Shown here: piece by piece, positions 28,600 to 38,065 of the stretch | Numbering within the stretch: the first letter of the stretch is position 1 | How the letters are laid out: each line of letters starts with the position of its first letter | From: a virus | Lineage: Duplodnaviria > Caudoviricetes | Length of the DNA: 64,000 nt | Strand: one strand, 5' to 3' | Virus record (IMG/VR): IMGVR_UViG_3300048502_000142 | Location: 1-64,000 of that record | Notes under the pieces: model-generated | The model's input: the letters and a program-made list of their open reading frames with translations, nothing else | Database searches by the model: none | Told to the model about the DNA's origin: nothing | Translations under genes and position numbers: made by a program

Positions 28600-29819
28600 A
28601 TTCCTAGCTGCTCCATCTGCCGCATCGCGAGCCTGTACCCGACGAGGCTGTCGATCCCGTTGTAGACGAGGAGCGCGTCCTCGCCGAACCGCTCCACGAA
28701 CTCGCGGAGCCTGTTCGGGGCGTGGTAGCCGTCCGTCGACCGCATGTACGGATTTATCTCGGTCGACCAGTCGGGGACGCCGAAGTTCAGGAACGCCTGC
28801 ACGTCGAGCCCGCACACGCCCTGCCGGTTGTCGAGGACGTGCGCGGCGAGCATTGTGTCGAAGGCCCAGGCGATGCCCTCGACGCCCAGATGCACGGCGC
28901 TCCACGCGGCCTCGAACTTGATGTTGTGCGCGATCTTGCCGACCGCGCCGTCCTCTAGGACGTCTATCCAGGCGCGGCGGACCGCCTCCGATCCCGTCCA
29001 TGGGAACGCGAACGCCTCCTCGCCCGACGTCGCGAACGACGCGGAGATCAGCTCCTGGACCTCCGGAACGAGCCCCGTCGTCTCGTAGTCGAACGAGAAG
29101 AACCGCGCGCGCCGGGCCGCGGCGAGGGTCGCCACGATCGCATCGTCCCCCCGCAGGATCCGCACCCTCCTGCGCAGGTCGTCCGGCCGGGGAAGCGGGG
29201 CGTCGAGCAGCTTCACCGCCTCCGCAAGGTCGCGGCGCCATATGACACCGACCTCCGGGTTCCGCTCCTCGCGGGCGACGAAGCTCGGGTGGTAGGTCGG
29301 GCAGACGTGGCACCCCCAGTCCGGAACCGGTATCCGCCAGCCGCGCCACTTCGAGATAGAATCCGTCAGCGGCGATATCTGCCCGAGCACCGACGCCGTC
29401 GCGACGCCGCCGAGCAGGATTATCACCCTCGGCCTGTAGTCCCTGATAGAGGGCTCTACGAACTTCGCCTGGCAGCAGGCGCGCTCGTGAGGCGCCGGCT
29501 CGCGATTCTCTGGTGGACGACACGCTACGCTGTTGAGACTTATGCAATCCAGGTCCAAGTTCACGTCCACGTCGTACAGAGCATCGCGCAGGAGCCTCCC
29601 TGTAGGCCCCTGCCACGGCTTCCCACGCTTGTCCTCTACCGCTCCCGGCGCCTCCCCTATCGTCATGATCTTCCGACGGAACTCCCCGTGCGGGGGCATC
29701 TTCGGGGAGACGACATCCTTGAACAATCCGCACGAGATGCAAGACAACGTACGCGCCGACGCTACCGACGTGTTGTCGCCGGTCGACGGGCCGATGTCGA
29801 ATAGGAGACGCGCAGGCAT
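28596..29819 (-). CDS. Family 4 uracil-DNA glycosylase fused to a 3'-5' exonuclease (SPO1-type polymerase N-terminal half)
   Basis: CISC, IGEAPG..ED..G.PW.GPTG, CRPPENREP, PTYHPSF; FDYETTGL, AHNIKFE, FDTMLAAH, YNGID. Confidence 0.9.
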   Translation of the reverse strand: MPARLLFDIGPSTGDNTSVASARTLSCISCGLFKDVVSPKMPPHGEFRRKIMTIGEAPGAVEDKRGKPWQGPTGRLLRDALYDVDVNLDLDCISLNSVACRPPENREPAPHERACCQAKFVEPSIRDYRPRVIILLGGVATASVLGQISPLTDSISKWRGWRIPVPDWGCHVCPTYHPSFVAREERNPEVGVIWRRDLAEAVKLLDAPLPRPDDLRRRVRILRGDDAIVATLAAARRARFFSFDYETTGLVPEVQELISASFATSGEEAFAFPWTGSEAVRRAWIDVLEDGAVGKIAHNIKFEAAWSAVHLGVEGIAWAFDTMLAAHVLDNRQGVCGLDVQAFLNFGVPDWSTEINPYMRSTDGYHAPNRLREFVERFGEDALLVYNGIDSLVGYRLAMRQMEQLGI

Positions 29820-29822
29820 CGG

Positions 29823-30830
29823 TCAGCGCAGGGCGACAACATGCTCCCACGAGGGTCCGACAAATTTGATGCTGCCCTTCCCGATGACGCAGGATGTTCC
29901 AGAGGCGAGCGCCTCTACGAACAGCCGCGGCGTAATCGCGAAGGCTGCCGAAGCCTTCCCCTCCCAGCGGACGATCTCGGAAAAATCCGCTCCATCACAT
30001 TTCGCACCGACAACGATCTGATTCGGGCGCAGTTCGATTTCGACCTCTTCGTCGATACGAACATCGCGCTTCGCGAAGATCCCGGCCCGGTCGAGGACTT
30101 CGGACAGGGTAGCCGGAAGCGCGATCGGATCACCGTCGACGACATAGAACTTTGCTAGAGCCGGATAAGCTCCCGACAGCAGCCGTGCATAGATCGTCGT
30201 GTCTCCGCCGTGTGAGACAAAGCGCATCCACTCGCCGCCGTCCGACACGGCGACGCTCTCGACCGGGAAGCCCACGACCTCCTCCGCCGCGGTCGCAGGC
30301 AGGAGGGCGGTAGGAAGCCCCGCGTCGGGGAAGTGGAAGCGCACGGCCCGGAAGCCGTCCGCCCCCTCCAGTCCGTCCTCCCCGAACCTGACGCACGTCA
30401 CCGCCGGCTTGTTCATCGTCTTAGCGCAACAGCTCGCGGACATGCCGAGCGCCGCTAGGAAGCCGGAGGGGAGAGGCACGTCGTCGCCGGTCCCGTCGAT
30501 CTGGTCGATCGGAAGCGCGACCGGAAGGACGTCGAACGCCGTCTTCGACCGACCACCCCTTAGGACGAGCTTCGCGTTCCCGTCCCGCTCCAGCGTCACG
30601 GTCTCCGCCGACAGCTTGGACAGGAGGGCGTGGAACCGCCTCCCGTCGATCGCACCCTCTATGTCGCCGAGTTCCGGCAGCCTCGCCGAGATCGAGATCG
30701 CGTCGTTGTAGGCGACGACACGACCGCCCGCGAAGGCGAGCTTGTCGGCCTGCTCAAAAGTCTCTTTCTTCGCCACGGCCGGCAGGACCCGCCCCACAAC
30801 CTCGATCAACTTCGCCCTGCTAACTTCCAC
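29823..30830 (-). CDS. DNA polymerase III beta-like sliding clamp
   Basis: 335 aa; GADGFR, ARLLSGAYP, LDRAGIF; replication operon context. Confidence 0.75.
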   Translation of the reverse strand: MEVSRAKLIEVVGRVLPAVAKKETFEQADKLAFAGGRVVAYNDAISISARLPELGDIEGAIDGRRFHALLSKLSAETVTLERDGNAKLVLRGGRSKTAFDVLPVALPIDQIDGTGDDVPLPSGFLAALGMSASCCAKTMNKPAVTCVRFGEDGLEGADGFRAVRFHFPDAGLPTALLPATAAEEVVGFPVESVAVSDGGEWMRFVSHGGDTTIYARLLSGAYPALAKFYVVDGDPIALPATLSEVLDRAGIFAKRDVRIDEEVEIELRPNQIVVGAKCDGADFSEIVRWEGKASAAFAITPRLFVEALASGTSCVIGKGSIKFVGPSWEHVVALR

Positions 30831-30870
30831 GGTGGAACCCTCCCGGATAGACTAGACTAAGATGCGTCGG

Positions 30871-32796
30871 TCAGGCGACGGGAACTATCCCGCACTCGAT
30901 CGCGGCCCGGCCGATAGCGGTTACGACCTGCGGGACCACGGTATTCCCCAGCACCCTTAGCCGGTCGTCCCGCCGACGTCGGTCCACCCCGCGGGGTAGC
31001 CCATGTACTGCTCCGCCCAGCAGGGGTTCATCCGGGACCGCCACCTTTCCGGCATCGAGGGCTCTTCCGAGGGCGCGGACGAAGGATAGCCCCAGATCCA
31101 CTCCTCCCGCCGCCCTACCAGGTCCGACATGGGGACCGGCTCCGCCACCGACAGGTTCGGGAGGTTCCCCATTATCCGGCCCCACTTGTTGTGGGCCGTC
31201 CCCTCCCGGCCCCACTCGTCCCCGCTCAGAAGGGTAGGCCACAATCCACATGCGGTCCCTCTCGTGTAGAGCGCCCACTCGGGAAGCCGGTACGCAGCAC
31301 CAGACCGCGTCGTACCCCACCTCGGAAAGGTCCCCAAGAACGCGGCCGAGTCCCCTTCCAGCGAGCGCCGCGACGTTCTCCACGATCGCGACGCGGGGTC
31401 GTACCTCGCGAACCAGCCGCGCGTACTCGCCCCAGAGCCAGCTTCCGCCCTTGTCGCCGCGTCCCTCGACGGGTCCTCCATCTACGCCCCTCTTGTGTCC
31501 GGCATTGGAAACGTCGATGCAGTTGTGAACGACGATGCCGTCTGCGACGTAGCTCTCGTCTTCCTCAACCGCAAAGTTATATACGTCCTCTACTGTCCCT
31601 TCCTCAACAACGGATCGGATCGGCCCGAAGAAGTGTCCGTCGAGGACCCTCCCCTGCTTAGACGTAGTCGCCCCGCGGAGTTCCCAGTGGAATGGCTGCT
31701 GATTAACGACGCGTCCCTCTATCTCACACGTAGTTCCCGCATGCTTGCAATAGTACACCGCGACTGATTGCCCGAGTCCTAGAGCGAGCAGACGCATACC
31801 GATCGCGAGCCGCTTCGATATCGAAGCGGCGCGCCAACTCCCATCGTAGACGGTCCCGTCGCCGGATATCCACCCGTCCAAGAGAGCCTGCCGACAGGAC
31901 GCTGGCAGACCGTACACCCACGACGGCAGCCGCTTATTCGCCGCGCCCTTGTCGAATTGAGACAGGTAATCGAACAGCTTCGCATGTTGCACTACAAACT
32001 TCACAACAGTAGATTCGTTAGCTCGCGTCACGTGGAGACCCGCACCCTTGCGAAGCCGATCAACGAGTTCTCCTACCTCGTTGTAAGCACAACACCAGTG
32101 GACGCGCTTTGCCCAACTGTTCTTCCTGCTGCCGCGTCCATGTGCAACCTTACTCGTCCGCTTAAATGACACACACCGGCCGTCCGCGAGCCAGCGCCCT
32201 ACGGCCCAATAAAAATCCTCGTCGCTCTCGCGCTCGGAAGCCGGAATCTCCGGCGCCGGGAGATCCGCCTCTATAGATACGGGGCTTGCCCACAGCATCC
32301 CTCTCGAAAGATTGCGGGCGTCGATCCATTCCGGCTCTACGGCAGCTCTATCACAGAGAGCGTAGAACGGATGCTCTCCCGTTACGCGCATCACAGGCTG
32401 CCCTAGTCCTCGGACGTTTAGAATAGGCGCGTCCCTATTTACATACGTCTCCTTTACCCGACGCCACCGACCCCGGTGTGTCAGGACAACGTCATCAACA
32501 ACAACCTCGGAGATGTCTACCATCCCACGACGGGTCAGGATTAGCGTTCCCTTCGGAAAGCACGGGAAACCACCACAGATTGCATCGACCTGTATATTAT
32601 CTACCTTTAGTCTTTCTGCCGTAAGTCCCTGGACGTCCCGGTATCGTCGCACCCCCGGCCAGTGCTCGGCGAGGACGCGCCGGCAGAAGCGGTCCGTATC
32701 GCAGAACGCCACGGTGCGGAAGCGTCCGGTGGCTTCGAGGCCATAAGAAAAACCCCCTATGCCACTGAACAAATCTAGCAGATTGAGAATAGCCAA
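30871..32796 (-). CDS. C5-cytosine DNA methyltransferase with intein
   Basis: LDLFSGIGGF (I), GGFP/C (IV), VENV (VI), HERDRMW (VIII), LRVLGNTVVP (X). Confidence 0.92.
   Translation of the reverse strand: MAILNLLDLFSGIGGFSYGLEATGRFRTVAFCDTDRFCRRVLAEHWPGVRRYRDVQGLTAERLKVDNIQVDAICGGFPCFPKGTLILTRRGMVDISEVVVDDVVLTHRGRWRRVKETYVNRDAPILNVRGLGQPVMRVTGEHPFYALCDRAAVEPEWIDARNLSRGMLWASPVSIEADLPAPEIPASERESDEDFYWAVGRWLADGRCVSFKRTSKVAHGRGSRKNSWAKRVHWCCAYNEVGELVDRLRKGAGLHVTRANESTVVKFVVQHAKLFDYLSQFDKGAANKRLPSWVYGLPASCRQALLDGWISGDGTVYDGSWRAASISKRLAIGMRLLALGLGQSVAVYYCKHAGTTCEIEGRVVNQQPFHWELRGATTSKQGRVLDGHFFGPIRSVVEEGTVEDVYNFAVEEDESYVADGIVVHNCIDVSNAGHKRGVDGGPVEGRGDKGGSWLWGEYARLVREVRPRVAIVENVAALAGRGLGRVLGDLSEVGYDAVWCCVPASRVGALHERDRMWIVAYPSERGRVGPGGDGPQQVGPDNGEPPEPVGGGAGPHVGPGRAAGGVDLGLSFVRALGRALDAGKVAVPDEPLLGGAVHGLPRGVDRRRRDDRLRVLGNTVVPQVVTAIGRAAIECGIVPVA
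30957..31481 (-). CDS. Nested out-of-frame methyltransferase beta polypeptide
   Basis: YDPASRSWRTS...TFPRWGTTRSG...GLWPT...MNPCWAEQYMGYPAGWT. Confidence 0.7.
   Translation of the reverse strand: MEDPSRDAATRAEAGSGASTRGWFARYDPASRSWRTSRRSLEGDSAAFLGTFPRWGTTRSGAAYRLPEWALYTRGTACGLWPTLLSGDEWGREGTAHNKWGRIMGNLPNLSVAEPVPMSDLVGRREEWIWGYPSSAPSEEPSMPERWRSRMNPCWAEQYMGYPAGWTDVGGTTG
31522..32562 (-). mobile_element. LAGLIDADG intein at the methyltransferase catalytic Cys (347 aa)
   Basis: GGFP|CFPKGT...VTGEHPF...VGRWLADG...LLDGWISGDG...VYNFAVEEDESYVADGIVVHN|CIDVS. Confidence 0.92.
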
Positions 32797-32995
32797 TCAA
32801 AGCCTCCTCGCCGCGACGTCGGCGAGGTACCTCGCCAGGTAGTGATCGGTCGGGACGTAACCTAGGTCGTCTCCCGCGGTCGAGAGGTCACGGACGCGCG
32901 GCCACCTGCGGAAGATCTCCGCATGCACCGGTCGTGCCGCGCGCTACGTCGTCCTATTGACGAGCGCGCAAGCGGCCAGCATCCGGAACGGACAG

Positions 32996-33679
32996 CTACG
33001 CAGCCGCTCCTAAAACAGCCTTCTCCGCGCGAAAGGCATCGGAGACGCCGACCGGGAGGACCGCCTTGACGAGGCTGCCGTCGGCGAACGAGAAGCCAAT
33101 GCCGCAGTCGCGCCACAGGCAGAAGACGTGCGACGAGCAATTGCCGCGGTCGAGCTGCAATTCGTCGGCGATCTGCGAGATCGTTCGGGTGCCGTCCATG
33201 CGGTCGAAGATGTTGCCGCGAATCGTACCCTTCCGGAGCGGCCGGAACTCGTCCTTCGGCTTCGGGTCCTTGCCGGACTTGGACGAACTCCGGGACGCCT
33301 TCGCCTCCTTCGGGGCCTTCGCCAGCTTCGCGACCTTGACCTTCACCAGCTCCGGCGCCTTCGGGGGTACCGCTTCCTCGACGGGCTTCGCGGCCTTCGC
33401 CTTCGGCTCCTTCGGAGCGGCGGGGGTCTTCTCCGCCTTCGCTACCTTCTTCGGCGGCTCGGGCTTGACCTCCGGCGACATCTCGCCGTCCTTTAGGCTC
33501 TTCAGGACATCGGACGCCAACTCGGACAGCACGTCGTCCGGCTGCACGAGCTTCGCGGCCTCGATGATCTGCGCCTTGAGTTCGTTAACGGTCTTGCTCA
33601 CGTCGATCGGCGGCTCGGGGTCGAGGAGCTTGTTCAGCTCCTGCGCGACGTCGACGAAGTCCTTGCGGGTGTGTGCCAC
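32996..33679 (-). CDS. Lys/Ala/Pro-rich putative DNA-binding protein
   Basis: Histone-like middle region; C-terminal TISQIADEL HTH-like; GGAG RBS. Confidence 0.65.
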   Translation of the reverse strand: MAHTRKDFVDVAQELNKLLDPEPPIDVSKTVNELKAQIIEAAKLVQPDDVLSELASDVLKSLKDGEMSPEVKPEPPKKVAKAEKTPAAPKEPKAKAAKPVEEAVPPKAPELVKVKVAKLAKAPKEAKASRSSSKSGKDPKPKDEFRPLRKGTIRGNIFDRMDGTRTISQIADELQLDRGNCSSHVFCLWRDCGIGFSFADGSLVKAVLPVGVSDAFRAEKAVLGAAA

Positions 33680-33865
33680 GATCTGTGCTCCAGCTGACTC
33701 GGGTTGTCTCTGACACTCACCTTATACGTCCGGGAGGTGACCCGTGAGAAGTGGAAAAATCTAAAAATCTTTGGAGCCTCGGCCGAAACCGGACGGGCGT
33801 CGACGGGGAGGCCGGATTCCAGGGCGCCTGGAGGGGATCCAGGAGGTTCCGGGTAGGGAAGTAGC

Positions 33866-34204
33866 CTACCGTTCCGCTATGCGCTCTAGCGCCTCGATCT
33901 GCCGATCCGAGAGCGTCCCCGTCCGCTCGAACTGCTCCCGCACGTCGACGACGAACTCGCTGCGGTCGCGCTCCAGCCTGCCTAGCAGGTCCTCGATGTC
34001 GGCGCGGCGACGGGGTGACTCCGGGGGAATCGATCCCCGCTCTACCGTCGCCGCCCAGACCCGCGACAGGACCTTTACCCAGTCTAGGTCGTGCTTCCGC
34101 AGGATCTCGTTCGCCGAGCGCAGCGCCGTGAGCGCCTCCGCGTCGGACCCCGAGAGGGTCTTGTTCATCAGCACCTTCAGGCGCGACAGGTCGTTCAGGT
34201 TCAT
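33866..34204 (-). CDS. Hypothetical protein (DUF2786-like N-terminus)
   Basis: LSRLKVLM...SGSDAEALTALRSANEIL; LSDRQ tail. Confidence 0.65.
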   Translation of the reverse strand: MNLNDLSRLKVLMNKTLSGSDAEALTALRSANEILRKHDLDWVKVLSRVWAATVERGSIPPESPRRRADIEDLLGRLERDRSEFVVDVREQFERTGTLSDRQIEALERIAER

Positions 34205-37053
34205 TTCAACAGGTAACTCCCCGTAAACGGTCGCCCCCTATTTAGGTGCTGCATGACGACGACCTGGTCGTCGACGGAGAACGCCCCGTCGCGGACGAGG
34301 ATCGCGCCGACCCGGATCACCCCAAGGGCCTTCTCGCGCCCGTCCGGGGACTGGTTCAGGGCGAACATGGCTGTCACGTGGGCGTTCTTGCGCTTGTCCT
34401 CCGTGAAGTTCCCGACGCTGAGCTTGCCCTGCTTGTAGCTCGCGGCGTCGGCCTGCGTAACCGTCACGAGGAGGGCGTGGCGCTCCTGGCTCACCCGGCG
34501 CAAACCACCCCATATGTCGTCCTGCTTGTGCCGGAACTCCTTGACGTCGGACGACATAATGTCCGGGTAGTCGACCACGATGACGTCGGGAACGAAGTCG
34601 TCCACCCGCTCCCACTCGTCTAGGCAGCTATCCATCTCGGCCGTCGTCAGCGTATTGCGCGAGTAGGTCGCGAGCTTAAACCGGCGGCGGTGACGCCTGA
34701 AGAAGTGCTCGGCGTGCCGACGCGCTATCTTCCCGGTCAAGACTTCCCGCGCGTCCACGTGCATGAGCCACACGGTGGGGCGCCGGACGGCGCAGGTCCC
34801 GCTCTCGCACGGCCGGTAGTCCGGAAAGTCCCGGGCCTTCTCGGTCAGCGTCGAGAGGCACTCGAAGCTACCGCGGTCCTTGTAGAACTCCTCAAGCTGC
34901 CCCTCGTGGATCCCGTGGTCGCAGTTGCGGTCGGACCGGTCGCAGGCGTCAAATTGGTTCTTGACGCAGTCGCCGACCGCGTACCAGTGCTCGACGCAGG
35001 CCTTCGGGTCGTCCGACCAGCCGGCCAAGTGGACGCCGAAGCGCCGGAGTTGCTGGTCCTGTGTCATGTCACCTCCCTGAAAGAACGCGACGTTCCGCTG
35101 CTGGCGGATCGCCCGCACGACGATGTCCAGCAGCCACCAGGTATTGTGGACTAAGACATTCTCGGCAACGAAATTATGCTGATTAGCCACCGTTAAATCG
35201 AACGTCTCTTCACTCCCGACAAAGTCAATCGACAGAATCTCGTCCCACAATATTTGGGAGTTTAGATACTTTACGCCGGCAACGGTGTCCGATACCTCGG
35301 TAAACGATTGCCGCATTATCGGCAATCCCTTATCCAACTGCTGACGAATGGCGGGCGCTTTCGTAAAGCACTTTACAAAAGCCCTCCACCGCGGATCGTG
35401 CCTGTCACGCCGGACACCAAAAACGCCGAACTCGCGCTCGACATCATCATAAAATCGACGCGCTACTTCCGAGGGGAATTTATCAAGAAAAGACCGAAGT
35501 ACCGTGGGGCTATCCGAAGTAACTCGGCAGAGTTTCTCTCCCTTTCCAAATAGACACCCTACTCTATTCCTAAATCGAGTGATATTCTCACAATCACGAA
35601 CGGCTACCGTCCACGCACCCTTGCATATGTTCTCCTTAAAATGCACCCGAGAGACAATCCCGAATCTCGATAGGAGTTCCTGGACCTGCCTTGCTAGACG
35701 CTCGTTCGCTACGGAGAATCCCACCCCCTTTCCGCTTCCGTCTACCCACCCATCACAAGTATACAAGACGGACAAAAAGAGACTAATCTCGGCCGAGTTC
35801 AACCTAAACACAATAGGGGGAACGAGTTTGTCGTACGACCTCTTATTCATAAGGCCATTCTCAAAAAGGAAATTCCGAACGTGATTGTGCCTGTGCAGGC
35901 CGCGAACGGCCTCCGCATTATACACGCCGCAATTAATCCCCTTCCAAACGGTCCGACAACCCATCGCGGAGACGCACCGATCAAAATCGCGCCTAATATC
36001 CTCATCCGCCGTAGTAAACTGCACTCGCTCCCGCATCTCATTACCTAGGCACCCCTCAGCGATAAAATAGGCGAGCAGCCTGATCTTCTCGTCAGGAAGG
36101 GTCTCACTACCGAATACCGGTATCTCCTTAGGTACCGCGATGTACCGACCAATCTCTAGATCCTGTAACTCGACCCACCCATCAGGAGTTAAGAATGGAT
36201 GATTTTTAGTCACCTTTACTTTACGTCCCGTCCGCGTTGTCACACTCCAAACGTCTTTTACACCATTCACATAAAAATCCGTAATAGTTGAGGGGACGAA
36301 TTGCCCAATAGTCTCATCATACGCGATTACATCACGGCGCTCGTCCCGAATAACGTCCCGAATGGGAAGGACGTCCCCATTAGACAATAAGACGCGTTGA
36401 TCTCCCGGTAGACACTTGCCGCGCTTCTCGGGGGCGAGGAAGGCGACGAGGGAGGCGCGGGAGAGTTCGGAGTTGAGCATATCCCCGAGGTCGCCGGGGT
36501 ACTCCACGACGGGCTTACGGACGGTGCCGAAGGCGCGCTCGATGGCCTCGAACCCCTGGGGGGAGTTGACGTCGAGCCCTCGGGTCGTCTCGAAGCTCGT
36601 CGGCCGGAACGACCGGAGTGCCCTCTCGACCGCCTCGTCGTCGCCGCGCTCGCTCGCGACCATGACCTCGTCCAGGTAGGTCTTCTGCTCGCGCTGCCGC
36701 AGGTACTTGACCGTCCGGTCGTAGAGGTAGTCGGCGTTGAACAGCTCGTCGCGGCCGTACTCGGCCGAGACCGTCTCCAGCACCCTCTCGATGTACTCGG
36801 CCTCGGCCTTGGGAACCCCCTCGGACTGGACGCGCTCGAAGTAGATCGCCCCCAGGTCCGTGTCGGCGACCCTGCCGTACTTGTCGAAGTGCTCCAGGCA
36901 CCAGCGGGCGACGCGTCCCAGCTCCGGAGACTCCAGCAGGTCGTCGCGCCAGAAGCGCCGGATCTTCCGGACGAAGACGCTCGACACGGCAAGGCCGGTG
37001 ACGATGCGCCGCTCGACGTCGGAGGCGGACCTCCCCTCTCGGATCGTACCCAA
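34201..37053 (-). CDS. DnaB-like replicative helicase with intein (start approximate)
   Basis: APEKRGK/TWWL Walker A, IVVDYPDIM, VTVTQA, EDKRK.AHV; the 1408-aa ORF call over-extends the 5' end. Confidence 0.9.
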   Translation of the reverse strand: MGTIREGRSASDVERRIVTGLAVSSVFVRKIRRFWRDDLLESPELGRVARWCLEHFDKYGRVADTDLGAIYFERVQSEGVPKAEAEYIERVLETVSAEYGRDELFNADYLYDRTVKYLRQREQKTYLDEVMVASERGDDEAVERALRSFRPTSFETTRGLDVNSPQGFEAIERAFGTVRKPVVEYPGDLGDMLNSELSRASLVAFLAPEKRGKCLPGDQRVLLSNGDVLPIRDVIRDERRDVIAYDETIGQFVPSTITDFYVNGVKDVWSVTTRTGRKVKVTKNHPFLTPDGWVELQDLEIGRYIAVPKEIPVFGSETLPDEKIRLLAYFIAEGCLGNEMRERVQFTTADEDIRRDFDRCVSAMGCRTVWKGINCGVYNAEAVRGLHRHNHVRNFLFENGLMNKRSYDKLVPPIVFRLNSAEISLFLSVLYTCDGWVDGSGKGVGFSVANERLARQVQELLSRFGIVSRVHFKENICKGAWTVAVRDCENITRFRNRVGCLFGKGEKLCRVTSDSPTVLRSFLDKFPSEVARRFYDDVEREFGVFGVRRDRHDPRWRAFVKCFTKAPAIRQQLDKGLPIMRQSFTEVSDTVAGVKYLNSQILWDEILSIDFVGSEETFDLTVANQHNFVAENVLVHNTWWLLDIVVRAIRQQRNVAFFQGGDMTQDQQLRRFGVHLAGWSDDPKACVEHWYAVGDCVKNQFDACDRSDRNCDHGIHEGQLEEFYKDRGSFECLSTLTEKARDFPDYRPCESGTCAVRRPTVWLMHVDAREVLTGKIARRHAEHFFRRHRRRFKLATYSRNTLTTAEMDSCLDEWERVDDFVPDVIVVDYPDIMSSDVKEFRHKQDDIWGGLRRVSQERHALLVTVTQADAASYKQGKLSVGNFTEDKRKNAHVTAMFALNQSPDGREKALGVIRVGAILVRDGAFSVDDQVVVMQHLNRGRPFTGSYLLK
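35143..36414 (-). mobile_element. LAGLIDADG intein in the helicase P-loop (424 aa)
   Basis: RGK|CLPGDQ...VTKNHPF...LLAYFIAEG...LSVLYTCDG...TFDLTVANQHNFVAENVLVHN|TWW; lower GC. Confidence 0.93.
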
Positions 37054-37055
37054 TC

Positions 37056-38036
37056 CTACTGCCCCACCGCGCAGGACTCGCCGGGCTTGAGGGAACCCCC
37101 TTGAACGCAGAGTTCGGGCTGGGCCGGAGGGAGCGGCGAGACGGGACGGCTCCGGTCGGCCAGGACGATCCCGACCGGCGCGCGCCCGGCGCTCTCGTAG
37201 CACCTCACGGCGTCGAGGTTCCCACGATTGACGGTGGCGACGTCCGCGCCGCTCATCGAGTAGGTGAACCCGGTAATGTAGTCCGGCATCAGCGCCTTGC
37301 ACTCGGCTAACGTCCCGCCCCCGCTCGTCTGGACCTGGTAGTCGGACCACGCGACCTCGATCGACCACTTCGACCTGCCCTTGGCGCGGTCGGTGTCTTT
37401 GCCGTCGCACGGCAGGTACATGAGCCCCGAGAATATACCGCGGTTGAAGGTCCAGCAGGCGGGATCGGCGGGTCCGATGTCCTCGTTGTCGTAGTCGTCC
37501 CTGTCCCAGTCGAAGTTCGACCAGCACAGGCGCCCCGGCGCGCAGGTCTGCCCGCGGGCGAGGGCTCCGTCCCTCCGGACGTAGGGCTCGGGTGGCGTCT
37601 TGAGATAAGCAGATTTGACGGCGCGGGCGAACGACGGGAGCTTCGCGACGTCGTCGTGGCCGTAGACCGACCGCGCGGCGAACTCGGCCGGCACGAAGTC
37701 GAAGGTGTACTCGTCCTCGTCGTCGATCACCTCGACGCACTTGCCGGCCACGTGCGTGGCGTCGGCCTCCTGATCGGACGGCAGCGGATCGGGGAAGCAA
37801 TTCAGCAGCCATGTCCCGTCCGTCCCCGAGCTGCCGCCGCCGGTCCCCCACCGCTCCATGTGCCTCAGTCGATTCTGGAGATCCTCGGCTCCGATCGCGG
37901 GGTCGCCTGCGGCCCTCTCGGCCGCAGGCTTGGACTGGACGCGATCGGGGAACATCGGGCGGGTGGAGAGGTAGCAGAGACCGCAAGCCAACGCGACCGC
38001 GACTATCGCTGCGCCCCAGGGGTTTCCGTTCGGCAT
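37056..38036 (-). CDS. Membrane-anchored or exported Cys-rich hypothetical protein
   Basis: N-terminal hydrophobic AAIVAVALACGLCYL; many Cys; GAGGA RBS. Confidence 0.7.
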   Translation of the reverse strand: MPNGNPWGAAIVAVALACGLCYLSTRPMFPDRVQSKPAAERAAGDPAIGAEDLQNRLRHMERWGTGGGSSGTDGTWLLNCFPDPLPSDQEADATHVAGKCVEVIDDEDEYTFDFVPAEFAARSVYGHDDVAKLPSFARAVKSAYLKTPPEPYVRRDGALARGQTCAPGRLCWSNFDWDRDDYDNEDIGPADPACWTFNRGIFSGLMYLPCDGKDTDRAKGRSKWSIEVAWSDYQVQTSGGGTLAECKALMPDYITGFTYSMSGADVATVNRGNLDAVRCYESAGRAPVGIVLADRSRPVSPLPPAQPELCVQGGSLKPGESCAVGQ

Positions 38037-38065
38037 GGGATCGATCCTCGGACAGAAGGGAGAGA

